Shown here: piece after piece, positions 1 to 9,838 of the stretch
Layout: every line of letters starts with the position of its first letter
Numbering within the stretch: the first letter of the stretch is position 1
Virus record (IMG/VR): IMGVR_UViG_3300021400_000193
Span: 7,636 to 71,635 of that record
Direction: 5' to 3' (one strand)
DNA length: 64,000 nt
Source: a virus
Lineage: Duplodnaviria > Caudoviricetes
Translations under genes and position numbers: made by a program
The notes under the pieces: generated by a model
Databases searched by the model: none
Told to the model about the DNA's origin: nothing
What the model saw: the letters and a program-made list of their open reading frames with translations, nothing else

Positions 1-265
1 AATCATGTGTTAAAACACGTTTCACCATTTCTGCTTCAATAATACTCTTTAGTGTATTTTGATTTTCAAGGTTTTTCAATTGTGAAGAAATAAAAGATGA
101 AACATCATTTCTTAAATCATCTTGACTTGTAATTCTTGTTACTTTATTTTCATCTAAATTGTAAAGACTTTTTAAAAGTTCCTTACTCTCTTCGACTAAA
201 GTGTTTGTATCAGCGATAGATAAGTTCATAGATTCAACTTCGTTTTCTTCAAATTCATCTGACAT
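1..265 (-). CDS. hypothetical protein, 5' part only (runs off the window start)
   Basis: ATG at 265 with GGAGG RBS at 271-276; open frame MSDEFEENEVESMNLSIADTN... to the window edge. Confidence 0.7.
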   Translation of the reverse strand, partial: MSDEFEENEVESMNLSIADTNTLVEESKELLKSLYNLDENKVTRITSQDDLRNDVSSFISSQLKNLENQNTLKSIIEAEMVKRVLTHD

Positions 266-286
266 ATATTTCCTCCATATCAATCA

Positions 287-305
287 TAACTATTCTAAAT
301 AGTTA
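287..305. promoter_or_regulatory. overlapping opposed phage late-type promoter motifs (TAACTAT on both strands)
   Basis: taactat at 287-293 (+) and atagtta at 299-305 (-) between divergent genes; the motif recurs upstream of structural genes. Confidence 0.55.
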
Positions 306-763
306 TGGAAACAGAAAAACAACCAAATGAACTTTTTAATTCTGTAGAATTTCTCTTTGCAAAACCTTGTTATCAAGGTCATTATATGTATGCTTTGGAT
401 AATTTGGAGTCTATGTCAGTAATTGATAAAGATTCTTTAAGACAATTATTGGTTCAATTGAAATGTTATGATTTTATACGAACCAATTATCTATTAGACA
501 GAAACTTACCTATATTTTTTAATGCTAAAGAAAAGAGAATTGAAGAATTTGAAGATATTGGGGAATTAGATTCTGCTACAATTAAAAAAATGATACACGA
601 AGAATTAACAATAAACGCAATTCCACAACAAAAATCAAATTATGAAAGATTTTTTGGAAAAGACAGTAAATTATATCAGCAAAATTTTAATGAGGAGATG
701 TTAAATTATGGCAATAATCAATCAATACAAAGCAATTTATCCAATCACAAATTCAAGATTTGA
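305..763 (+). CDS. hypothetical protein
   Basis: 152-aa ORF after a TAACTAT motif. Confidence 0.6.
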   Translation: METEKQPNELFNSVEFLFAKPCYQGHYMYALDNLESMSVIDKDSLRQLLVQLKCYDFIRTNYLLDRNLPIFFNAKEKRIEEFEDIGELDSATIKKMIHEELTINAIPQQKSNYERFFGKDSKLYQQNFNEEMLNYGNNQSIQSNLSNHKFKI

Positions 764-1208
764 AAATGAAGATGTTTATATAAACGCTACTTCTATGGAA
801 AAAGCGGTAAATATGATTACTACTGAAAAAGGTAGTGAACCCATGATGATTTCAAAAATTCACGATAATGTTCTTACAGAACCTACGGAAGAAACAACCG
901 TAGCGTTTGAAATAAAATCATATCATATTGATGAAGAAAGTGGTGAAGAAATCGAAGTTCCAAACTGCATAGCATATCCTACTTCTGTTCCGAGTTGTAC
1001 AAGAGGAAGCACACTTTATATGCAGACACCTAATTATTCACTCAAAGAAGAAATTGAGGATGAGGAAGTTACCGTAAATTATACTTTTGAGAAGTGGGTT
1101 TATGGTGAAATTGAATACACTAATAATCCTCAGATTTTCACGATTCCATTAGATGAAGAAATAAGTTCGGTCAGCGTAAAGGCGATTTATACAAGAAGTG
1201 TGGAATAA
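708..1208 (+). CDS. hypothetical acidic protein, possibly virion-associated
   Basis: 166 aa, GAGGAG RBS, acidic beta-rich C-terminus. Confidence 0.65.
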   Translation: MAIINQYKAIYPITNSRFENEDVYINATSMEKAVNMITTEKGSEPMMISKIHDNVLTEPTEETTVAFEIKSYHIDEESGEEIEVPNCIAYPTSVPSCTRGSTLYMQTPNYSLKEEIEDEEVTVNYTFEKWVYGEIEYTNNPQIFTIPLDEEISSVSVKAIYTRSVE

Positions 1209-1574
1209 TCAAATTACTTGAAATCGTGAGTAAAATTCCATTTGTTCTATAATTTTTGGAAATTCTTTAACATTAAAACAATCAAATTCTAATTTGTACG
1301 GACTATGACAAAATAAGCAATACCATCTTACATTCATAGTCAATGTACAATAAATTTTATTTTTCATAAAGTTAAAATACATTAAGATTATAGGATTTCC
1401 TTTAAAACTAAGTGTTTTTTCAAAAGTTATTTTAATCTTATAACCTTCTTTTAACATATAAATTAATGCTAAAAGAAATTTAACATACCCAACTATTGTG
1501 AAAAATTGTAATTTTAAATATTTCATAAAATTATTTTCCGAACATTTCTTCATACACACTTTCAGTCCATTCAT
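1209..1574 (-). CDS. hypothetical protein
   Basis: ORF coupled to the helicase; true start uncertain. Confidence 0.45.
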   Translation of the reverse strand: MNGLKVCMKKCSENNFMKYLKLQFFTIVGYVKFLLALIYMLKEGYKIKITFEKTLSFKGNPIILMYFNFMKNKIYCTLTMNVRWYCLFCHSPYKLEFDCFNVKEFPKIIEQMEFYSRFQVI

Positions 1575-2949
1575 TATTTTTCACATAATTTAGACTCTCT
1601 TGTGTAGCGTGAATATCTCGCATTTTTATAGGCTTTGCTAACCCGAAATCATTAATTGATTTGAATCTCGACAACGCAACATAAATTCCGTTGTCTGGAA
1701 CCCAATGATTATAGTCTATATATGCTCTCGATAAGGTCATTCCTTGAACCTTATGTATAGTAGATGCGCTACAAACTTTAATTGGTATATTATCATACGA
1801 ACCTACAATCTTACTTTTTACAACAGTATGACCGTCTTCTTCCACAAGTTCATATTCATAATTATTTATAACCGCCCTTTCAACTTTAACTTCTCTATCA
1901 CCCAAATCAACAATAGCAAAATCATCATTACAAGAAACCAAAGTTCCCATGCTACCGTTATAATAATCACGAGTTCCTTCTTCATTAATCGGAGCGTTAC
2001 GGGTAATCATGATAGGGCAACCAATCTTTACCCAAATCTTTTCAGCATAAAAGCCGTTTTTGAATTCAGCAGTTTCTCGGAATGTTCCTGTAATTTTGGC
2101 AGTAAGACAAATAAACTTTCCATCAATAGCGTCCAATGCAATCTGATTATATTTTTGCACATCTTTGTTTGTAGACACAATTCTCAAAAAAGATTCATTT
2201 TGCATAATATAATCTTCTTCACTCATAACCCTTTGATTCAAATAATCAAGGTCGGCTTGTGTTTGTTCACATACACGAATTCTATTCAAGACATCTTTAA
2301 ATTTTTCATCAGTATCGTTTTGACGATATATTTTTGTAAGCAAGAACGTAGCAAATCCCATATCTCTAAATGCAAATGAAGAAAAGAATTCTACATTTCC
2401 ATTGTAGTTTATCATATAATAATCTTTTACTTGTGGGTCGTCCATTTTTACAACACATTGAAGTTGCAAGCAGTCCCCGAACAAAATAACTCTTGTTGGT
2501 TTTCCTCTTCGACATACACGAATAATGGACATTATGTAATCGAACATATCACAACTGACCATAGAAACTTCATCAAAAATAAAGCAATCAATGTTTCCAA
2601 TCAAATCTTTCTGTGAATAAGAAGAGTTTGTAAATGTACCGAAAATGTCAGTTGGTTTTAATTTGAATAGGCTATGAATCGTGGTAGCACCAAGGTTTGT
2701 TCCATTATTTAACAAAGCACTTGCAACACCTGTAGAAGAAGCAATTGCAACATTCGTTCTCTTGTTTTCAACATCATCAGAAAACATATAATTAATGATT
2801 TTAAGCAGTGTTGACTTACCTGACCCAGCATTCCCTTGAATTGAGAGTTTAGCATTCTCATCTTCCCTTATATATTTCAGAATTTCCATATACTTGTCTG
2901 AAAATTCAATACCTTCAAAATGTTCTTTTAGTTCTTCGATTGTTTTCAT
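1531..2949 (-). CDS. PIF1/RecD-like SF1B DNA helicase
   Basis: Walker A GNAGSGKS, TIHSLF, DEVSM, GDCLQL, YRQ, TIHKVQGMTL and YVALSR motifs. Confidence 0.92.
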   Translation of the reverse strand: MKTIEELKEHFEGIEFSDKYMEILKYIREDENAKLSIQGNAGSGKSTLLKIINYMFSDDVENKRTNVAIASSTGVASALLNNGTNLGATTIHSLFKLKPTDIFGTFTNSSYSQKDLIGNIDCFIFDEVSMVSCDMFDYIMSIIRVCRRGKPTRVILFGDCLQLQCVVKMDDPQVKDYYMINYNGNVEFFSSFAFRDMGFATFLLTKIYRQNDTDEKFKDVLNRIRVCEQTQADLDYLNQRVMSEEDYIMQNESFLRIVSTNKDVQKYNQIALDAIDGKFICLTAKITGTFRETAEFKNGFYAEKIWVKIGCPIMITRNAPINEEGTRDYYNGSMGTLVSCNDDFAIVDLGDREVKVERAVINNYEYELVEEDGHTVVKSKIVGSYDNIPIKVCSASTIHKVQGMTLSRAYIDYNHWVPDNGIYVALSRFKSINDFGLAKPIKMRDIHATQESLNYVKNNEWTESVYEEMFGK

Positions 2950-3037
2950 ATATTTATCCTTATAAATAAAAACTACAGACCTTGAAAATCTGTAGTTTTA
3001 CATTATCATAATAAATAAAAATTGTCTAGTGATTTTA

Positions 3038-3424
3038 TTAAAAATCTCCGTTCAAAACTTTATTTTCTGCTCTTTTTCTCAAAAATTCATCATTTTGTAT
3101 TTTAGTAAGTTCTGCATAGTCTTTTGAATTCATATCTGATACAAACAACCAAGACGCTTCATCATCATAATGTACCTTTTTCTCAAAATCTGAAAGAAAA
3201 ACTTTATATTTCTTCAAATCATCCATTCGGTCTTTCAATGCAACTGAAACTTCTTCTTCGTATTTGAATAAGAAATTATTAAACTCTTGAATCAATGCAA
3301 ATAAAACGGCATAGTTTTCAAGTTCTTTATCTTTATTTTCATCTTTTGCTTTGGATATTGCAAAATTAAAGGACTTCTCAAATTCTCTTTTAGCATTATA
3401 AAATGTCTTTGGTAATTCTTTCAT
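3038..3424 (-). CDS. hypothetical protein
   Basis: 128 aa with GGAGG RBS. Confidence 0.7.
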   Translation of the reverse strand: MKELPKTFYNAKREFEKSFNFAISKAKDENKDKELENYAVLFALIQEFNNFLFKYEEEVSVALKDRMDDLKKYKVFLSDFEKKVHYDDEASWLFVSDMNSKDYAELTKIQNDEFLRKRAENKVLNGDF

Positions 3425-3454
3425 ATAATTCCTCCATATAAATCCAAATTGTAT

Positions 3455-3619
3455 TTATTTTTCTTCGTTTGGCACGATTCCGAAATCTGTTTCTTTTTCA
3501 GGTTCATCCGCAGTTGTATTTACTTCTTCTGTTTCACCGTCAGAAGCAATTACCAATTCAGTTCCCTCGCAGAATTTCCTACCCTCTAGTATATAAGGTT
3601 TTGTAAGTTTTATTGTCAT
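3455..3619 (-). CDS. small acidic protein (54 aa, not in the ORF track)
   Basis: MTIKLTKPYILEGRKFCEGTELVIASDGETEEV...NEEK*; RBS and TAACTAT motif upstream; N-terminus resembles that of 38639..39298. Confidence 0.7.
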   Translation of the reverse strand: MTIKLTKPYILEGRKFCEGTELVIASDGETEEVNTTADEPEKETDFGIVPNEEK

Positions 3620-3691
3620 AATTCCATCTCCATAAATTTAAAATCGTCTACTTATGCAGACGATGTAAATAGTTATTTTAAACCGCCTATT

Positions 3692-4048
3692 TTATTCAGA
3701 TTTTTTAAATATGTTTTCAAATATATTTTCAATCTTTTCTGATGCTTTACAAATAAGTTTATTAATAGACTTCAAAATAACTTCATATCCAAATACAGAA
3801 AATCCAAACATACTTCCTTCGATGAAAATCATAAGCATCCAATCAACTTTAAAAACAAATTTAAGTGCTACTGAGAATCCGCAAGAAAAGATAAAAGGCA
3901 ACCAAACTTTGTAGCCTTTAAGTTTATCATTTTTATCGAACTTTTTCACAATTTCTGAAAACATGATTGTACATGCAATCGAAACAATGTACAAAATCAC
4001 AAACACCTTAGTGTTCTGCAAAAGATATTCCATAGAAAATTCCTCCAT
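3692..4048 (-). CDS. membrane protein, holin-like
   Basis: 118 aa, three hydrophobic segments, charged C-terminus. Confidence 0.5.
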   Translation of the reverse strand: MEEFSMEYLLQNTKVFVILYIVSIACTIMFSEIVKKFDKNDKLKGYKVWLPFIFSCGFSVALKFVFKVDWMLMIFIEGSMFGFSVFGYEVILKSINKLICKASEKIENIFENIFKKSE

Positions 4049-4091
4049 ACAACACGAATATAAAATAAATAGTTCTGTTTATCAAGACTTT

Positions 4092-6098
4092 TTACAAATC
4101 AACTATTGTTTCTTCCTTGTTTTCCGTTTTAAGATGTTTTTCTTTATTTTGGTCAAACCATGAAACATCCAAACCTTTTAAACGAAGTTCTTCGATTTTA
4201 GAAAGGATATAAGAATTGCGTTCTGAGGAAGAACATTTTATATAAGTGTGTCCATAAATTTTAGATTTAGTATTCACTCTGCGATGTAATATTTCAAACC
4301 ATTCAAAATTAAAATGAAATTCATTCGTTTCAATACAACGAAACATTTCTGAATTTTTAGCAAGAGATTGTTTTAAATGACTCATGTATTTTATATCGTT
4401 TTCATCAATATTTCCTACTAATTCTTTCATATATTTTACAAATGAATATTTTTCATGAAAATAATAACGCATATGTTTATAAATTCCATTCTCATCAAAT
4501 TCACTTGATAAAATCATTTCAACATTATTTTCAATCATACAGTCATATTTTTCTTGCCAACTTTTCTTACGAAAATACGGTTTTCCATTTTCATCAAATT
4601 GAATATCACCTTTAATTTCAACCAATTTTCCATCTACCATAAAATCAACTTCATATCTTCTTTTCTTTCCAGTAGAGTCTAAATAATATAAATTTAATGG
4701 ATGATGTTTAATATCATGATTATGGTCTTTCATATAACAATAATAATATGCTTCTGCTTTCGAATCAAATTCCATGTTATTTAATTCTCGAACATAAACT
4801 TTATTTTGCCTTATACTAGGATACTTATCCATAAATACTTTCATCTTATCAGCGAATTCATAAGTATAATATTCACCATCAAATTCTTCAGAATTAGGTT
4901 TGAAATATTGGAGATAATTACTTAATTTATTTCGTGATATTTTTAGATAAATAGCAAATTTATTAAATGTTAAATGAGTTTTCTTTTTTAATGCCAATTT
5001 TCTTTGTCCATCTAAATATAATTTTAATATTTTTCTACTCTCATTATCATAAACATTTATATTTTTATATCTTTTAGGATTTAAGTTTAATTTATTACTT
5101 TTGATTGCGTTGGTTATCACATTAACAGAAACATTAAATTCTTTACATAATTTAGGCAACGTTAATAATTCAGGTTTTATTATTTCAGATATAACATTCA
5201 AATCTAATGCTTTAATAAAATTAAAATCTTCTCTAGTTATATAAAATATATTATGAATTTTTTCGACATTTATTTTATAGTGTGATGTCAATTTTAATAA
5301 ATTTTTAGTTGTTAAATTAAGAATATTGTTTAATTCTATAATTTTAATAAGACCATCTTCATTTATTTTATATGTTGAATATATTTCTTTATTATTAGTC
5401 AATTCTATTAATTTTAATTTAACCGATTTTGAACAAAATTCCAAATCTCCATATTTAATTGTATCTAAGTTATAAGTATTTATTACATCTTTTATTTTTT
5501 CTCGGTCTATGTGAAATTCTTTACTTAATTCACTAAGACTATAGCAATTATTTTTTATTTTAAATTCATCAACTTTAATGTTTACTTGATTTTCAAATTT
5601 TTCTTTTAATTTATCAGCATATTCATAAGTATAATATTTTCCATCAAATTCATCTTCTGTAGGAGGTAATTGATTTAATAGTGTATTTAATCTATTTCTC
5701 GAAACTTTTAAATATTTGGATAATGCGAATTTTGCTAATTTATTATTATTTATAGGTTGGTATTTGTTTTCATTTAAAAATTTTCTTAATACTTGTTCGT
5801 CATTTTCATTATAAAAAGAAAATCTACCTAAAACTAATGGATTGAATTTGATTTTATTATCATTATTTCTTCGTCTAACCCAATCAAAAGAAACATTACA
5901 TTTTTTACATAAATTATCTAATGTTGTGTGATTTTTATAAAATTCAGCAAGTTGTAAATATGAGTTATAATTTATACTAAAATTTCTACCATCTTTGGAA
6001 TATTCTATACCTAAATATTCTGATACTTTACGAATAGAATCCATACTAATTTTCCAATCTTTGGAAATTTCTTTAATTAAAAATACATCTTTTTCCAT
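4092..6098 (-). CDS. free-standing homing-endonuclease-like protein: repeated HTH-like units plus PD-(D/E)XK nuclease
   Basis: internal repeats (KFA..L..SRN.L...L.....EEFDG.YYTYE.ADK); nuclease motif FDSKAE...YEVDF..DGKLVEIKG. Confidence 0.75.
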   Translation of the reverse strand: MEKDVFLIKEISKDWKISMDSIRKVSEYLGIEYSKDGRNFSINYNSYLQLAEFYKNHTTLDNLCKKCNVSFDWVRRRNNDNKIKFNPLVLGRFSFYNENDEQVLRKFLNENKYQPINNNKLAKFALSKYLKVSRNRLNTLLNQLPPTEDEFDGKYYTYEYADKLKEKFENQVNIKVDEFKIKNNCYSLSELSKEFHIDREKIKDVINTYNLDTIKYGDLEFCSKSVKLKLIELTNNKEIYSTYKINEDGLIKIIELNNILNLTTKNLLKLTSHYKINVEKIHNIFYITREDFNFIKALDLNVISEIIKPELLTLPKLCKEFNVSVNVITNAIKSNKLNLNPKRYKNINVYDNESRKILKLYLDGQRKLALKKKTHLTFNKFAIYLKISRNKLSNYLQYFKPNSEEFDGEYYTYEFADKMKVFMDKYPSIRQNKVYVRELNNMEFDSKAEAYYYCYMKDHNHDIKHHPLNLYYLDSTGKKRRYEVDFMVDGKLVEIKGDIQFDENGKPYFRKKSWQEKYDCMIENNVEMILSSEFDENGIYKHMRYYFHEKYSFVKYMKELVGNIDENDIKYMSHLKQSLAKNSEMFRCIETNEFHFNFEWFEILHRRVNTKSKIYGHTYIKCSSSERNSYILSKIEELRLKGLDVSWFDQNKEKHLKTENKEETIVDL

Positions 6099-6167
6099 AA
6101 CGAGTTCTCCTATAAATTATCATATGCTATTACCGATAGCAATACAAATAGTTAATATTTTAAAATA

Positions 6168-6245
6168 AAAAAGGAACGAAGATTTGTGTTTTAGAGAACT
6201 CATTAAAGCACACGACTCGGTAAATCGTCATCTTCGTTCCTTTTG
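6168..6245 (-). ncRNA. structured dual-loop antisense-like RNA element, copy A
   Basis: 16-bp outer inverted repeat enclosing two hairpins; loops complementary to the RBS (6101-6109) and leader hairpin loop (6130-6136) of 4092..6098; U-tract follows on the minus strand. Confidence 0.75.
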
Positions 6246-6265
6246 GAATTAACTAATTATTTGTC

Positions 6266-7669
6266 TTAGCAAAATTCTACACCACAGAACGGACAAGCAG
6301 TTTCAATTCCGTCCGCCAACTCGTGATTACACTGAGGGCAAAGAGCAGTATCACCTTTGAACTTAGGTGAACCATCTTCATTTACACCAATGATAAATGA
6401 ACGGTCATTGTCTGTGAGTTTATCTACGAATGGAAGAACTGTACTCTTCAAACTCATAGGGTCAAACTTGGCAATTTTAGCAACTTTTGCTACCTTCTGA
6501 ATTGGAGCGGTTGGTGTAGGTTCTTCAACCTCACTCGGAAGTTCATCATCTTCTGAAGATTCTGTTTCAACTGTTTTCATAGAATCAAAATTTGGTGTTT
6601 CAGTTGAAGTTGTTTCTTCTGTAACTTCTTCATCTTCTGATTCTACTTCTGTAGAAGTATCTTCTGTTGATTCGGTTTCCTTTGTTTCGGATTTCTTGGC
6701 TTCCCATTCTTTCTTCTCTTTTTCAATCCATTCGGCAAAATCACTCTGAAGATTAGTACCAAAATCAATATCTGCTTGTTTGATGAGTTTACCAAGCACC
6801 TTGTTTACATAAGATGCTGATGTTGGACGAGAAATAAAAGGTATATCTTCCAACTTATATTTCTCATAATTTTCCTCATCTTCTGTAAGATAATTCATGG
6901 TTACTTTATTTGGGTCTAAACCAATCTGTGAAATCTTTGACTTTTCTTCAGGTGAGAAAATCTGAATCCAAGATTCACCAAGTTTCTTACTTAAACGCTT
7001 AACAACAACATCAAATTCGTCATACATACGATTAAGAGCAGTACACTGTTCATCGAAGATGTTGTTATAAAGACTTGGTTTGATTCCGTATGTTGGATAT
7101 TCAACGGTCTTTCCATCAACTTCCTTAGTTGTAGAATCCCAACAAAGAAGTTTTGTATGCTTATTTTCAGCGCACCAATTATCCGTCCTGTCAATACAGT
7201 TAAACAGATAAAATGTATCTGTCATCATGCCTTTTTCTGAAGCCAAACAATCTTCTGCTTTCTTACCGTTGTGGATAAATCTTTCGAATGAAGGTTTACC
7301 TTTATTGTCGAAAATTTTTGTCTTATTTTCTTTGTCGTATTTGTACTTACCAATAATTGTTCGCCATAACTTATTTACAGGATGGTCACGGTCCTCAGAC
7401 ATGATAATTGTAGTCCATTTATCATCATCAGTTTTAACGAACGCACGTTTTACAATAAGAGGGTCATAAACCGATTCACGCATGAGTGGTGAATTCCCCA
7501 CGAGTCTTAGAATTTTAGGAGTATCTTTTTTTAAGACGCACACCTTAAAATCAGGAACATCTTCTTTTGGAAAATCCCCATGTGATTTAGCCTGTTCGGC
7601 TTTCTTTTTTGCTTCTTGGAACTTCGCCAAGCGAGCCTTTGCCTTCTCTTCAGCACTTAACTCTGCCAT
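6266..7669 (-). CDS. putative single-stranded DNA-binding protein (gp32-like) with acidic linker and C-terminal Zn ribbon
   Basis: likely start MAELS with GAGGAG RBS; LRLVG and FNCIDR beta motifs, long acidic tract, CPQC..CPFC; replication context. Confidence 0.55.
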   Translation of the reverse strand: MAELSAEEKAKARLAKFQEAKKKAEQAKSHGDFPKEDVPDFKVCVLKKDTPKILRLVGNSPLMRESVYDPLIVKRAFVKTDDDKWTTIIMSEDRDHPVNKLWRTIIGKYKYDKENKTKIFDNKGKPSFERFIHNGKKAEDCLASEKGMMTDTFYLFNCIDRTDNWCAENKHTKLLCWDSTTKEVDGKTVEYPTYGIKPSLYNNIFDEQCTALNRMYDEFDVVVKRLSKKLGESWIQIFSPEEKSKISQIGLDPNKVTMNYLTEDEENYEKYKLEDIPFISRPTSASYVNKVLGKLIKQADIDFGTNLQSDFAEWIEKEKKEWEAKKSETKETESTEDTSTEVESEDEEVTEETTSTETPNFDSMKTVETESSEDDELPSEVEEPTPTAPIQKVAKVAKIAKFDPMSLKSTVLPFVDKLTDNDRSFIIGVNEDGSPKFKGDTALCPQCNHELADGIETACPFCGVEFC

Positions 7670-7799
7670 AATTTTTCTCCTCGACCATATAAAAATATGG
7701 TACTTCACGGTAATAAATCTATTCTTTGGTCAACGACCTATAATCCTAATATAGTTAGATTTATGTAATTTGTCAACATAAATCTAAAAATATTTTTAA

Positions 7800-8246
7800 T
7801 TACTTTCCGCTACTTCCAAATCCACCAACTCGTTCTTCGCTGATAGGGTCATCGTCTACTGTAATCAGATAATGTGTGAACATACCTTGTGCAATTCTAT
7901 CGCCTTTCTCAATGGTCTGTACTTCATCTGAAATATTACGCAAGAACACACCGATATTTCCATCATTCTTTTCATTAGAATAATAATCGCTATCTATCCA
8001 ACCTTGCGTATTTGCCAATTCCCATTTACCGCAGGCTGACGAACGAACATTAATCAATAAAATAACATCCTTATCCATTTCTGCCTTTACATCTGTCCAA
8101 ATCTTTACAATTTCATTTGGCTTTACTGTGTAATTTGTCTTTGCATAAAAGTCATACGCACCACTACCTTTTGTGGCACGTCTAGGTAGAGAAGTTTCTC
8201 CTTCAACTTTCTGCATAGGTTCAATTACTTCATGAAATTTAATCAT
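7800..8246 (-). CDS. dut: dUTPase (trimeric)
   Basis: GAYDF, RSS, GWIDSDY, RIAQG, RVGGFGSSG motifs. Confidence 0.95.
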   Translation of the reverse strand: MIKFHEVIEPMQKVEGETSLPRRATKGSGAYDFYAKTNYTVKPNEIVKIWTDVKAEMDKDVILLINVRSSACGKWELANTQGWIDSDYYSNEKNDGNIGVFLRNISDEVQTIEKGDRIAQGMFTHYLITVDDDPISEERVGGFGSSGK

Positions 8247-8366
8247 ATATTTCCTCCATATAAATATAATCTATTTCTTTTTAGATTTACCAAACATATA
8301 ACCCAATCCAAAAGAAGTCAATAATAAAATTAAAATAATCAAAACATCGTGATTCATACAATTTCC

Positions 8367-9146
8367 TTACAAATCAAACAAACCTTTTTCCAAATTATTG
8401 TTACTTGATTTTCCAACTGTGAATAATTTTTCAACTGCAATTTCACCTTTTTCTCTATCTGATTTTTGCATTACTTTTCTTTCTTTACTCCAAATACATT
8501 TGAAATCGGAAGGCATATAATATTCAGAAATGAAAACATAATTATTCTTTCCTAATTTTTTACACCAATCATAAAATAAATCATAAGGAAATCCATCTTT
8601 ACCATTATAAATTTTTGTATCTCTGTATGGTGGGTCTAAATAAAACAAACATTGATTAAAATAATTAGGGTCATAATCTTCAAAAGAATGTATACCAAAT
8701 TCTATTCCTTTCAATAAGGATGCTTGTTCTTTTGCGTATTCTAATCTCTCATGATAAATATTTCTTTTACCGCTAGGGTCTTTTCCATAACCACCATCGA
8801 AATATCTTCCGCCAAAACTAGCAAAATATCCAATTCCGCTTGTATAAGGAATAGAATATTTATTTGTTTTATTCTTTCTGTTTTCTCTTACATCAGCATA
8901 ATGCTCAAAAGAACAATCTTGTGGGAATACATCAAGATTAGGATTATCTCTCATATATTTCAAAAGTTCAATCAATTCGGAATTTATATCAGAACCAATT
9001 CTATTTTTACATTGAATATGGTCAATCATATTTGCCCCGCCTACAAAACATTCAATATAAGTTTCGATATGATTTTCATTTATACAATTCTGTAAAATTG
9101 GTAAAATATATTTTCTTAATTTTGCTTTACTTCCTTGATATATCAT
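8367..9146 (-). CDS. DNA adenine methyltransferase (Dam/D12 class)
   Basis: YQGSK, ECFVGG, YLDPPY; start at MIYQ preferred because of AGGAG RBS. Confidence 0.9.
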   Translation of the reverse strand: MIYQGSKAKLRKYILPILQNCINENHIETYIECFVGGANMIDHIQCKNRIGSDINSELIELLKYMRDNPNLDVFPQDCSFEHYADVRENRKNKTNKYSIPYTSGIGYFASFGGRYFDGGYGKDPSGKRNIYHERLEYAKEQASLLKGIEFGIHSFEDYDPNYFNQCLFYLDPPYRDTKIYNGKDGFPYDLFYDWCKKLGKNNYVFISEYYMPSDFKCIWSKERKVMQKSDREKGEIAVEKLFTVGKSSNNNLEKGLFDL

Positions 9147-9156
9147 ATTTCTCCTT

Positions 9157-9824
9157 TTACAAATCAAATAAATTAGTATTACTTTCTTCTATTCGTTTCT
9201 TAGCAATATTGTAATAATTTTCGTCTAATTCAACTCCAATAAAGTTTCTATTTGTATTCGCACAAGCAATTCCACAAGTTCCACTTCCCATACAAGTATC
9301 CAAAACCAAATCTCCTTTATTTGTATTATTTTCAACCAATTCAGTTATCAATTTTAAATTTTTTTGTGTAGGATGTACTTTACTTCCACCACAAGGATAT
9401 TCAAAAACATTTGATTTACAAAATGCATTAAATGTTTTCCAACCTTTAGGCTTAAACCAAACACAAAGTTCTACACCGCTTAAATAAATATGTTGACCGT
9501 TCATAGGAGAAGGATTCGTTTTTTTCCAAACAATACATCTAACAGTTCCTTCTTTTTGTGAAAAGAAATCATATATTTTTGAAAATTGTTTCATTCCACA
9601 AAATATACAAATGCTACCTTTACACACTCTATAGCATTGAATCAAAAACTCATCTAAATCAAATGTACAGACATCAGCATTTGTTTTATCTAATTTTCTC
9701 AACCCTTGTGATTTTCGATTAACTTCATCATAAGGAATGTCTGTGCAAATAAAATCAATAGATTTATCTTTCACCCCCCCATAAATTTAATACAATCATC
9801 GTTATATAATTTAATATCTGACAT
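9157..9824 (-). pseudogene. N6/N4 DNA methyltransferase frameshifted in a G7 tract (possibly phase-variable)
   Basis: MSDIKLYNDDCIKFMGG* then the other frame VKDKSIDFICTDIPY...HPTQK...DTCMGSG; one extra G restores colinearity with paralog 51702..52433. Confidence 0.85.
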
Positions 9825-9838
9825 TTTTATAACTCCTC

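Noticed and set aside
1744-2379. 211-aa plus-strand ORF and similar antisense ORFs (8751-9095, 22787-23131, 28134-28739 and others)
   Set aside because: Shadows of well-supported minus-strand genes, with no RBS and atypical composition
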